A stretch of 37,485 nucleotides of DNA from positions 1-37,485 of IMG/VR virus record IMGVR_UViG_3300046009_011433; one strand, written 5' to 3'. A program made the position numbers and the translations under genes. This DNA is from a virus (taxonomy: Duplodnaviria; Caudoviricetes). Positions 1 through 7,031 of this stretch are shown piece after piece (the stretch's first letter is position 1; every line of letters starts with the position of its first letter). The notes below the pieces were generated by a model. That model saw nothing but the letters and a program-made list of their open reading frames with translations, was not told the DNA's origin and ran no database searches.

Positions 1-384
1 CCTGCACGGAGAAAGAACTTCCGCGCTCGCCATAACTGCGCCAATCCAGGTCCTCGCTGGAAGGCTCGTTATTGGGCCTGCAAGACTTGGAGTTCCCAAT
101 CTGTCTCATCTATGTTGAAGGAGTCTGAGGTCTTGGAGGAAGCCAAGAACAAGCCAAAGAATCCAAAGAAATGGTCTTCATGCATTGCACAAGCAAAACA
201 AAAATTTGATGTATATCCCTCAGCCTACGCCAATGCTTGGGCTGCAAAATGCTACAAGGGCAAAGGTGGAAAGTGGAAAAAATTGACCGAAGATATTGCC
301 GAATATGCTTTGAAGAACATGAAGAACAAAATTTATAACCCAGATCTTTTTGGGTTGATCCGAAACAGAAACAGTAAAAATTAA
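1..384 (+). CDS. 5'-truncated conserved T4-like phage protein (RKNFRARHNC...KARYWAC motif plus AKQKFDVYPSAYANAW motif)
   Basis: Frame 1 is open from base 1 (PARRKNFRARHNCANPGPRWKARYWACKTW) into the 112..384 ORF. Both motifs are recalled from large myophage hypothetical proteins (DUF6321/DUF5872-like). Confidence 0.75.
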   Translation, partial: PARRKNFRARHNCANPGPRWKARYWACKTWSSQSVSSMLKESEVLEEAKNKPKNPKKWSSCIAQAKQKFDVYPSAYANAWAAKCYKGKGGKWKKLTEDIAEYALKNMKNKIYNPDLFGLIRNRNSKN

Positions 385-385
385 T

Positions 386-392
386 CTAAATA
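386..392 (+). promoter_or_regulatory. T4-late-like promoter CTAAATA
   Basis: Intergenic, 11 nt before ATG 404; the same motif precedes many plus-strand genes. Confidence 0.55.
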
Positions 393-403
393 GAAGAGAA
401 GCC

Positions 404-958
404 ATGAAATTCAAACAATTACTTTCAAAAATCAACACACTGGTAGAAAATGCTCCCGAGCACACCTTCGGTGGTGGTATATACATCGGAGATCCCCAAG
501 GAGCAGGAAAAGTTTCAGCTCTTTCGGACAAGGGAACATTTAATCTCAAACTTCCTCGGTCGATTGATGCAATAAATGCCCTTCTCCACACATTCTCAAA
601 CAGAGATTACATCGACCCAGATGGTCTAACAGGCATCGTAAAGCAAAAGTTGAATCACTTCGGTCTTGACTTCTCTTGCAGTGGACGAGTCAACGATGGT
701 GAAAATGTATATGAACTGGTTCAATACGGAAGCCCACAACTTGGTGTTTACGGGCAAAACCCATACGATGACATCAATAAGACAGGCTTCAAGCAAGGTG
801 ATGGAATCAAGGAAAAACTTGGCCACTCATTGAATCTAGTAGTATCCGTCCAAAAGATGCCCAATGGTCTTCGTAAAGTCGGAATGATGATTGTTCCAGC
901 CAATTCTTCTTCATACAACAGTGACATGGCAGATTCTGATTGTGGATGCAAACATTAA
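404..958 (+). CDS. hypothetical late protein with MKFKQLL...LVE leader (possible head protein)
   Basis: 184 aa ORF after a late box; N-terminus resembles the MKxFKQF leaders elsewhere in the window. Confidence 0.7.
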   Translation: MKFKQLLSKINTLVENAPEHTFGGGIYIGDPQGAGKVSALSDKGTFNLKLPRSIDAINALLHTFSNRDYIDPDGLTGIVKQKLNHFGLDFSCSGRVNDGENVYELVQYGSPQLGVYGQNPYDDINKTGFKQGDGIKEKLGHSLNLVVSVQKMPNGLRKVGMMIVPANSSSYNSDMADSDCGCKH

Positions 959-965
959 CTTATTG

Positions 966-1364
966 ATGCAAGAAAAAATAAACTCTCTGACAGAAGAAAA
1001 CTTTGTTGAATTCTGTCAGAGATATTATTTTAATCCAGAATGTTCTGGAAAGAATGAGTTCGTTGATGACCTTAAAAGAGTAAAATATATAAAAAGATTA
1101 TTGCAAAAGATTCACAAACACAAGACCTTAAAGTCAATTCGTGAACGGTTAATAATAAACCATCTAATAATTTTGCGAAACGTATTCGGGGACCAAAATT
1201 GTTCCCGAATTTTGTTTTTCAAGTTGGAACCTAGACTCCATTCATATCTCAAATCTTTCACCGTGTTTTTGGAATTTAACATTAAAAATTCACCGGAAGT
1301 CAAATATTCAGATTTGAACACGGATCCCAGGGTTGACAGAAAACTCTCTCAAACAGAAAACTAA
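966..1364 (+). CDS. conserved T4-like phage protein (DUF7207-like)
   Basis: LTEENF...YYFNPEC...EFVDDLKRVKYIKRLL...RLIINHLIILRNVFG pattern recalled from cyanophage-like myoviruses. ATG 966 chosen to avoid overlap with the upstream gene. Confidence 0.75.
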   Translation: MQEKINSLTEENFVEFCQRYYFNPECSGKNEFVDDLKRVKYIKRLLQKIHKHKTLKSIRERLIINHLIILRNVFGDQNCSRILFFKLEPRLHSYLKSFTVFLEFNIKNSPEVKYSDLNTDPRVDRKLSQTEN

Positions 1365-1367
1365 ATA
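1361..1367 (+). promoter_or_regulatory. late promoter CTAAATA
   Basis: 7 nt before ATG 1375. Confidence 0.6.
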
Positions 1368-1374
1368 TTTCTAG

Positions 1375-3165
1375 ATGCGTCCCGGTAATCTAGTTCCATC
1401 CTTTTATTTTTATAAGTTGGCTGATGCCCTCAGCAGCCCCTATACGTCTTTGACAGCGTATTCTGTTGGATTGATCGATGCACAGGGAAATGTTCTAAAG
1501 CCAGAGAGCAGCATTGATCCCTTTGAATATCTTGTAATAAAGTTAAAGAAAATTTTTGATCAATTGCCATATGGAATGACACGGGCAAGGCTTGGAAATT
1601 ATCTCTCAACGCTTCAAATATTTTCTGAAGAAGTAGAAAGTTTTGACATCACCCAAGAGCAGTTTCATTGCTTGGTGGAAGGATTCGTAACTCAATATTC
1701 AAACGGAGAATTGAGTTACTTGGAATTGCTTGAAGATATGTCAACAGGCGGTGGTGCTGGTGCTTTGGGTGTTCCTGCACAAGGAGGAGACATCAATCAA
1801 GGTGGCATCTCCGGATTTGATCCACCACTTGGAATGCCTCTTCAGAGAAGAAAACAACCAAGATATTTTGACAACTGCGAAGTATTTGAAGTCTGCCCAG
1901 AAGAGTTTTTGCAATTGAAAGCAGCAAGAACTTGGAAAGAAGTTCCCGAAGGCGATACCAAGAATTATCTTCAAAGATTTCAAAGAAGAAACAAGGGTGG
2001 AAAGATTGCAGTCAAGTCATTGAATCCATTGAGTGCAGAACATGAATTGCATTGGATATCATATCCTGCAAAAAACTTTATGGAGGATGTTGATTTGTCT
2101 TTTTTTTCTGAATTGTTAACTGAAACCAATGACGTTGATCCAGATAAATTTGATGGTCCGGATGCAGGATCAAAAGCTGACTCCGGTGAAGTTGCACAAG
2201 GAGTTTCTAAAGAACAAGAAAAATTAGTTACCAAAGGAAATAGAACGATGTTAACTATTTCTATTCCAAAAAAAACAGAAACAGTTGAACAAGAATCAAG
2301 AAATGCTCAAAGAATAAATTTTCCTTTGCAAATACCAAAAACCAAGCCAGAAAGAGAAAAAATGGTACTTGGTGGTATAACTGATTTATTGACAAGAAAA
2401 CAATTCAAACAAAAAATTTTACGTCGAAGAGATCATCCAGAGGGATTTGATGAAAAATTACATGTAGAAAAAGTGGAAGATTTAAAACACAAAGAATTTG
2501 CTGTAATACCCGAAGGCGATTCAGACATTGTTGTTGGGTATAAACATCCAAAAACAGGAGCCATGCATCATATTGGAATTGAATCTGGATTTATTAGTAA
2601 ACAAGTTCAAAAAGGTTATTTAATTCACAAAGAAACTAAAATTTCAATTCCAAAAACTTTATTAAGATTAACAAGAATGGCATTGGGAAAGAACAATCCA
2701 GAAACTGTTTCTGTAGAGGATATTAAGAAAACTTTATCTAAGATAGAACAAAAAGGAACTACTCAGACAGTTGATGTTGAAGAAACCATTCGAAAAGAAG
2801 GAAAAAAAAGTTCCAGCGGTAAACGTTTTGAAATATATCCAGTTATTAGAGATATAGTTTCAAAATTTATAAAAAAACCAGTATCACATACAGCATCCCG
2901 TGGAATCCCAGAATATCAAGTTTTACACAATTATTTGTCTAAATTAACACATCAAGCAATAAGAACTAAACGAGATGATGTAAGTATTCTTGGGAATGCA
3001 CAGGGTCTTAAAGTTATGCATCACCGAGAACAAGAACATGATAAAAGAGGTCATGTTGATGAACTGTTAAAAGAATTGGATTTAGAAGCCACACATACTT
3101 TAGATGAAACTCATCTTGCCAAATCACCAGCATATGGTGGTTCTACACTGCTTAAAGCAAAGTAA
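1375..3165 (+). CDS. T4-like phage protein with conserved N-terminal domain and a long Lys-rich C-terminal extension
   Basis: 596 aa; N-terminal AYSVGLIDAQGNVLK...LVIKLKKIF motif recalled from large myophages. The C-terminal part is not recognised. Confidence 0.7.
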   Translation: MRPGNLVPSFYFYKLADALSSPYTSLTAYSVGLIDAQGNVLKPESSIDPFEYLVIKLKKIFDQLPYGMTRARLGNYLSTLQIFSEEVESFDITQEQFHCLVEGFVTQYSNGELSYLELLEDMSTGGGAGALGVPAQGGDINQGGISGFDPPLGMPLQRRKQPRYFDNCEVFEVCPEEFLQLKAARTWKEVPEGDTKNYLQRFQRRNKGGKIAVKSLNPLSAEHELHWISYPAKNFMEDVDLSFFSELLTETNDVDPDKFDGPDAGSKADSGEVAQGVSKEQEKLVTKGNRTMLTISIPKKTETVEQESRNAQRINFPLQIPKTKPEREKMVLGGITDLLTRKQFKQKILRRRDHPEGFDEKLHVEKVEDLKHKEFAVIPEGDSDIVVGYKHPKTGAMHHIGIESGFISKQVQKGYLIHKETKISIPKTLLRLTRMALGKNNPETVSVEDIKKTLSKIEQKGTTQTVDVEETIRKEGKKSSSGKRFEIYPVIRDIVSKFIKKPVSHTASRGIPEYQVLHNYLSKLTHQAIRTKRDDVSILGNAQGLKVMHHREQEHDKRGHVDELLKELDLEATHTLDETHLAKSPAYGGSTLLKAK

Positions 3166-3170
3166 AATAA

Positions 3171-3193
3171 AAAAAGCCCCTTTCGGGGCTTTT
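3171..3193. terminator. bidirectional intrinsic terminator
   Basis: aaaaagcccc-tttc-ggggctttt hairpin between convergent genes. Confidence 0.85.
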
Positions 3194-3194
3194 A

Positions 3195-3416
3195 TCAATC
3201 CTGAATAAAGTTTTTCTTCTTGCAGCACTTGGGTTTTGTGCAAGAGTTTCTTTCTCTGGCTTCGTTGATGATCTTGGTATCTGCATCTTCCCAACCAGTC
3301 TTGTATTCCTTCCAATAGGGATCGATTGAAAAGACTGCTTGATTTGGAAGTTCACCACCATTCATACGACAACCAAAACCTTTGTCATAACCTTCACCTG
3401 GCTTGTATGTAGTCAT
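3195..3416 (-). CDS. hypothetical protein
   Basis: 73 aa, tightly packed in a minus-strand run ending at the terminator. Confidence 0.65.
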   Translation of the reverse strand: MTTYKPGEGYDKGFGCRMNGGELPNQAVFSIDPYWKEYKTGWEDADTKIINEARERNSCTKPKCCKKKNFIQD

Positions 3417-3418
3417 AA

Positions 3419-3835
3419 TTAATCCTTTTGTCTAGGAGGTATCGGAATCATCTGAATTTGATTGATTACTTTATCCAAAGCCTTCACATGGGCATATTGC
3501 TCAGTGATTGCCAAATATCCACGAATCTCAATCAATCTCATGTATTCATCATGAGTAAATTGCACAACAGTAGACTTTCTGTAAGTCTTTTTTGCATTCT
3601 TTCTATTCTGTTGTTTTGAATGTTCTTTCAAAGCCTCATTTAGATTGAGGTAATTTGCAAGATCATCCATACCTTCACCCTTGTTCATGTTTTCAAACAT
3701 CTTCCGAAATTGTTCGGAATATTTTGGATTGTAATTGAATTTCCAAAAATTGAATGGAAAATGATTATTTGGATTGTTTTCCTCATAATCTCCATTTTGC
3801 CATTGATCAAAGTCATTGTAGTCTGAGTTATTCAT
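3419..3835 (-). CDS. hypothetical protein, Asn-rich N-terminus
   Basis: 138 aa ORF with a 2 nt gap to the next gene and AAGGA upstream. Confidence 0.7.
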   Translation of the reverse strand: MNNSDYNDFDQWQNGDYEENNPNNHFPFNFWKFNYNPKYSEQFRKMFENMNKGEGMDDLANYLNLNEALKEHSKQQNRKNAKKTYRKSTVVQFTHDEYMRLIEIRGYLAITEQYAHVKALDKVINQIQMIPIPPRQKD

Positions 3836-3844
3836 AATTTCCTT

Positions 3845-4141
3845 TTAGTTTACATCAAAAAACTGCTCGTACAGAACTTTTCCATGATTGTCCGTCACTG
3901 AAAGGTATCGTACATGACGAGTTAGTGCATCATTGATATTTAGGGCATCCTTTGCACCAAACGAAAGGTTCTTTATCCAAGCAGGACAACCACCCAAGGA
4001 AATTCTGACTTCATAGCCATTCATGTCAGAGCCATAGAAATCAAAGGTGGCCTTTTCACCATCATAATAGGTGAAGAAACAATCAATCTTATCAAACTTT
4101 TTGCGAATGTCCTCAATGGACATCTGTGTGGAATTAGCCAT
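3845..4141 (-). CDS. hypothetical protein
   Basis: Start revised to MANSTQM at 4141, which overlaps the stop of the upstream small ORF. Confidence 0.65.
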   Translation of the reverse strand: MANSTQMSIEDIRKKFDKIDCFFTYYDGEKATFDFYGSDMNGYEVRISLGGCPAWIKNLSFGAKDALNINDALTRHVRYLSVTDNHGKVLYEQFFDVN

Positions 4142-4307
4142 TCGGCAATCTCTTTTGCTTGACAGACTTAGGAAGTTGGTCAATCCGGTCAAGCTCTCGG
4201 AGTGTTCCAACCTTTGCGTTCATCAGGCTAGCAGCCCGTTGACGCTTACGAAGTTCATGGCTTCTCTTGTGCTTACGATTAGTAATGCGTTGCTTTGAAT
4301 TAGGCAT
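4134..4307 (-). CDS. small basic protein, 57 aa (MPNSKQRITNRKHKRSHELRKRQRAASL...), absent from ORF track
   Basis: Translated by hand; ATG lies 6 nt after a consensus -10 box. Confidence 0.65.
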   Translation of the reverse strand: MPNSKQRITNRKHKRSHELRKRQRAASLMNAKVGTLRELDRIDQLPKSVKQKRLPNG

Positions 4308-4313
4308 GATAAA

Positions 4314-4342
4314 AGTATATCACTTCTTTTTGGGTTTGTCAA
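4314..4342 (-). promoter_or_regulatory. sigma70-like early promoter TTGACA-N17-TATACT
   Basis: Near-perfect consensus read on the reverse strand. Confidence 0.8.
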
Positions 4343-4466
4343 GTTTTTTCTTGAGTTCCATGTTTTCTGCTGCGAGTTTTCCAGCCGAAACTGTTATCTC
4401 ACGGTTCAATTTTTGGAGTTCTTGGATCTTTTCTTGGAGTTTTTTGATTTGGTCTTCTTTGGACAT
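4320..4466 (-). CDS. small coiled-coil protein, 48 aa (MSKEDQIKKLQEKIQELQKLNRE...), absent from ORF track
   Basis: Translated by hand; heptad pattern. Confidence 0.55.
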   Translation of the reverse strand: MSKEDQIKKLQEKIQELQKLNREITVSAGKLAAENMELKKKLDKPKKK

Positions 4467-4579
4467 CCAAAAATTTTCTCCCAATTTTCACAGTAAATTT
4501 TGTAGTTTACTGGCCGATATGAATCACCTTTTCCTGCACTCATGATATGAGTATATATCAAGCCAACAAAATGTCAAAT

Positions 4580-4586
4580 CTAAATA
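4580..4586 (+). promoter_or_regulatory. late promoter CTAAATA
   Basis: 5 nt before ATG 4592. Confidence 0.65.
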
Positions 4587-4591
4587 ATTTT

Positions 4592-5149
4592 ATGAAGAAC
4601 AATAAAGGTTATTATAGTTGGATTCACTCCTTAAAGAACGCCGCAATGCAATCTCACATCAAAGGTGCTGAGATGCTTTCTGAAGCAAGAAAAAGAGTCG
4701 AACAAGGGCCCGATCTTGATGCAAAGGCCGCAATTGATGCTGAAATTCGTGCAAGAGGTGAAAGACGGGCATTGAGCGCCAAAGAACTGGCTGCTGTTGG
4801 TGATGCAAATGATGTTGCAGCAGAGGCTCAGGAAGACGAAGATGGGGATCACATTCCTAACCTTGCAGATCCTGATTCTGTTAATACAAACTTCAATGTT
4901 CCTATGGAACCAACGACAACAGAACACCCAGAACCTTGGTATAAGACTAAAGAAGAAGCAGAGGAAGCAGCAAGAGTCATGGGTGCCCATTACAGAGGTG
5001 AAACTGCTCCCGAAGAAGAAGATTTTGTCCCACCCCACGAAGAAAAGCCTGCTGCAGCAGGTGGGGCTTGGTCAAAGCCAGCCACATTTAGAGAGAGTGT
5101 CAATAAAAAGATCAAAAAAATTATTTCCGAGATGAGAAGAGGCAGTTAA
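4592..5149 (+). CDS. acidic low-complexity late protein (possible internal head protein)
   Basis: Start revised to MKNNKGYYSW. Glu/Ala/Pro-rich, with LSE and ISE motifs. Confidence 0.7.
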   Translation: MKNNKGYYSWIHSLKNAAMQSHIKGAEMLSEARKRVEQGPDLDAKAAIDAEIRARGERRALSAKELAAVGDANDVAAEAQEDEDGDHIPNLADPDSVNTNFNVPMEPTTTEHPEPWYKTKEEAEEAARVMGAHYRGETAPEEEDFVPPHEEKPAAAGGAWSKPATFRESVNKKIKKIISEMRRGS

Positions 5150-5352
5150 TCTTCGGGGAATCCAATTTCCCTAGTCCATTCCCATTCTTCCCAGATTATT
5201 TGAGCAAAATCGTCGCCCTTATTATGGCGACGATTTTCTATTTCAGCCATTCCGGGAGCCGAAATGGGGGCTTCAAGTTCCCATGAATACCAATACCACT
5301 CTCCGGGATCTAATCTCCTGTTCGTAACCAGACACCGGACTTCGCTAGACAT
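5146..5352 (-). CDS. hypothetical Trp-rich protein
   Basis: 68 aa, packed behind 5356..5613. Confidence 0.55.
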   Translation of the reverse strand: MSSEVRCLVTNRRLDPGEWYWYSWELEAPISAPGMAEIENRRHNKGDDFAQIIWEEWEWTREIGFPED

Positions 5353-5355
5353 AAA

Positions 5356-5613
5356 TTAGTTCAAACGATATGCACAAGCACCATTTATTGAAGTTACGGC
5401 ATAGACTTCAATTGGAAGAATCTGAGGTCCTGCAGTTGTTGCAGATGCAAATGTAAATCCTACGGTAACTGTTGCGCCAAGAGAAGTATCACGAAGCCAA
5501 GTATTTAAGGTTGGAGTAGCAGATCCTTGAGGAACTACTAAAATTCCTTTGTGAGGTGGTAATTTACTTGTTCCTGCAGTTATTCCAGATACTGTATTAT
5601 ATTTGTCGTACAT
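5356..5613 (-). CDS. small beta-rich putative virion protein
   Basis: Start revised to MYDKYNTV. CTAAATA lies upstream on the minus strand; GIT/GAT/GFT motifs resemble the FN3 cluster. Confidence 0.6.
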   Translation of the reverse strand: MYDKYNTVSGITAGTSKLPPHKGILVVPQGSATPTLNTWLRDTSLGATVTVGFTFASATTAGPQILPIEVYAVTSINGACAYRLN

Positions 5614-5624
5614 GTTACAAATAT

Positions 5625-5927
5625 TTAGGTTGATTTTATAGTCACATCTTTCATTGCCAAAGAACTCCAAAACGACTGTAAATGTTCTGAACCTGTGGCA
5701 AATCCAACCATCCAAACACATCTTTGAACTCTCCCAACGATTTGGTTCACCCCTATATGATAGGCTGCACCTTCTTCGTATTGGTCAACTTTGACTTTGA
5801 AAGGTGTCTTGGATTCCACTTCCTGAATAAATTTTTCAATATATTCAGGATATACTGGCTTGACAATTTTAACAGGCTTCTTTGGCTTACGCTTTGGTTG
5901 TGTTGATTTTTTTCTATATCTTGTCAT
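5625..5927 (-). CDS. hypothetical protein with basic N-terminus
   Basis: 100 aa, starts 3 nt after tRNA-Gly. Confidence 0.65.
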   Translation of the reverse strand: MTRYRKKSTQPKRKPKKPVKIVKPVYPEYIEKFIQEVESKTPFKVKVDQYEEGAAYHIGVNQIVGRVQRCVWMVGFATGSEHLQSFWSSLAMKDVTIKST

Positions 5928-5930
5928 AAA

Positions 5931-6001
5931 TGCGTATACAGGGATTTGAACCCAGACGGCCAGAATGGAAATCTGGCATGCTACCGTTACATCATATACG
6001 C
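5931..6001 (-). tRNA. tRNA-Gly(TCC)
   Basis: Reverse complement folds as a cloverleaf: GCGTATA/TATACGC acceptor, CCAGA-TTTCCAT-TCTGG anticodon arm, GGTTCAAATCC T-arm. No encoded CCA. Confidence 0.9.
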
Positions 6002-6015
6002 TACTAAATATTTAC

Positions 6016-6210
6016 ATGAAAAAATTAAAAGAAGGCAATCTTTACAATGTTGAGCAATCCGTGACTCCCGGAACCGGAACAAATGCTACCAAAGTTGGAT
6101 TGGCTGCTTGGAACCGTGAGATGAGAAAACAGTTGATGCAAAAATTGAAGCATTATGCACCCGACCAAGTACAGAAGATAATAAAGGCTACGTTTGGGGA
6201 TAACATTTAA
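6016..6210 (+). CDS. small late hypothetical protein
   Basis: MKKLKEGNLY start is 5 nt after CTAAATA (6004-6010). The longer track ORF would overlap the tRNA. Confidence 0.6.
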   Translation: MKKLKEGNLYNVEQSVTPGTGTNATKVGLAAWNREMRKQLMQKLKHYAPDQVQKIIKATFGDNI

Positions 6211-6401
6211 ACTCCAAGCGTCTTTCTGAGTTTGATGTCTCCCTTGAAATATGAATCAAACCTTGAGACAATCTTTTCCTTCTCGGAAATCAGTTTGTTG
6301 TATTCCTTGGTGCTGGATTTGTCATTGGTTTCACAGCGCCCAATGTGCTTCATCGTCTCACCGTACTCATAAATCAAGTCTTCAAGTTCTCTGTTGTTCA
6401 T
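6207..6401 (-). CDS. hypothetical protein
   Basis: 64 aa, downstream of a sigma70-like promoter. Confidence 0.6.
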   Translation of the reverse strand: MNNRELEDLIYEYGETMKHIGRCETNDKSSTKEYNKLISEKEKIVSRFDSYFKGDIKLRKTLGV

Positions 6402-6410
6402 GGTCTAAAT

Positions 6411-6438
6411 ACTATAGCAGCGAATAGAGGTTGGTCAA
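6411..6438 (-). promoter_or_regulatory. sigma70-like promoter TTGACC-N16-TATAGT with TG extended -10
   Basis: Read on the reverse strand; abuts a plus-strand CTAAATA at 6405. Confidence 0.6.
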
Positions 6439-6445
6439 GCAATTC

Positions 6446-7030
6446 ATGAAACACCCAAATCAATCATTTATTGACAACTTTAATAGAGCAAACCGGGGAC
6501 CAGAAGGCGTTCCAACCTATCGCTATACTCAAAAATTCATAGAAAAGAAAAGAAAACAAAAGTTTGAGTATTTTGTTGAGTCTTTGAATAACCCCAAACC
6601 AAAGACCAATACTCTTGCACAAGAAATAAATCGAATCTTTTCTTATAATACTCTTTCTAAGAATACCAAAAAAACTTTGTTGGAAACCAAGCAGAGTATT
6701 GGTTCGCTGCCACAACAGTTCAATTATAATGGGTTGCTATACGCATTCAACCAAGAATTGAATATGTATGTCAATCAACATGGTCATGCAATTTCTATTG
6801 AGCAAGCCACGGCTTTCATGGAAATGGCACAACTTGAAGAAGTTGGTTCATTCTCTTCGGAATCTGATACAGATGGGGGATATCAAACGGCTCCGTCTGT
6901 GATTCCAACACCACCCGAAACACCCACAGGTCTGACAGCCTCTGATATAAATATTACAGAAGCCACCTTAACTTGGCAAGATAATTCAATAAACGAAACA
7001 GAGTTTAAGATTTATTATAGAACTGACTAA
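6446..7030 (+). CDS. putative virion anchor protein ending in a half FN3 domain (strands A-B-C)
   Basis: Shares LLE...LPQ..YNGL.Y......NQ.GH.I domain with 10619..13132; ends PTGLTASDINITEATLTWQDNSINETEFKIYYRTD*. Confidence 0.8.
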   Translation: MKHPNQSFIDNFNRANRGPEGVPTYRYTQKFIEKKRKQKFEYFVESLNNPKPKTNTLAQEINRIFSYNTLSKNTKKTLLETKQSIGSLPQQFNYNGLLYAFNQELNMYVNQHGHAISIEQATAFMEMAQLEEVGSFSSESDTDGGYQTAPSVIPTPPETPTGLTASDINITEATLTWQDNSINETEFKIYYRTD

Positions 7031-7031
7031 A

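Noticed and set aside
5965-6015. N-terminal extension of ORF 5965..6210
   Set aside because: It is antisense to tRNA-Gly, and the late box points to ATG 6016.
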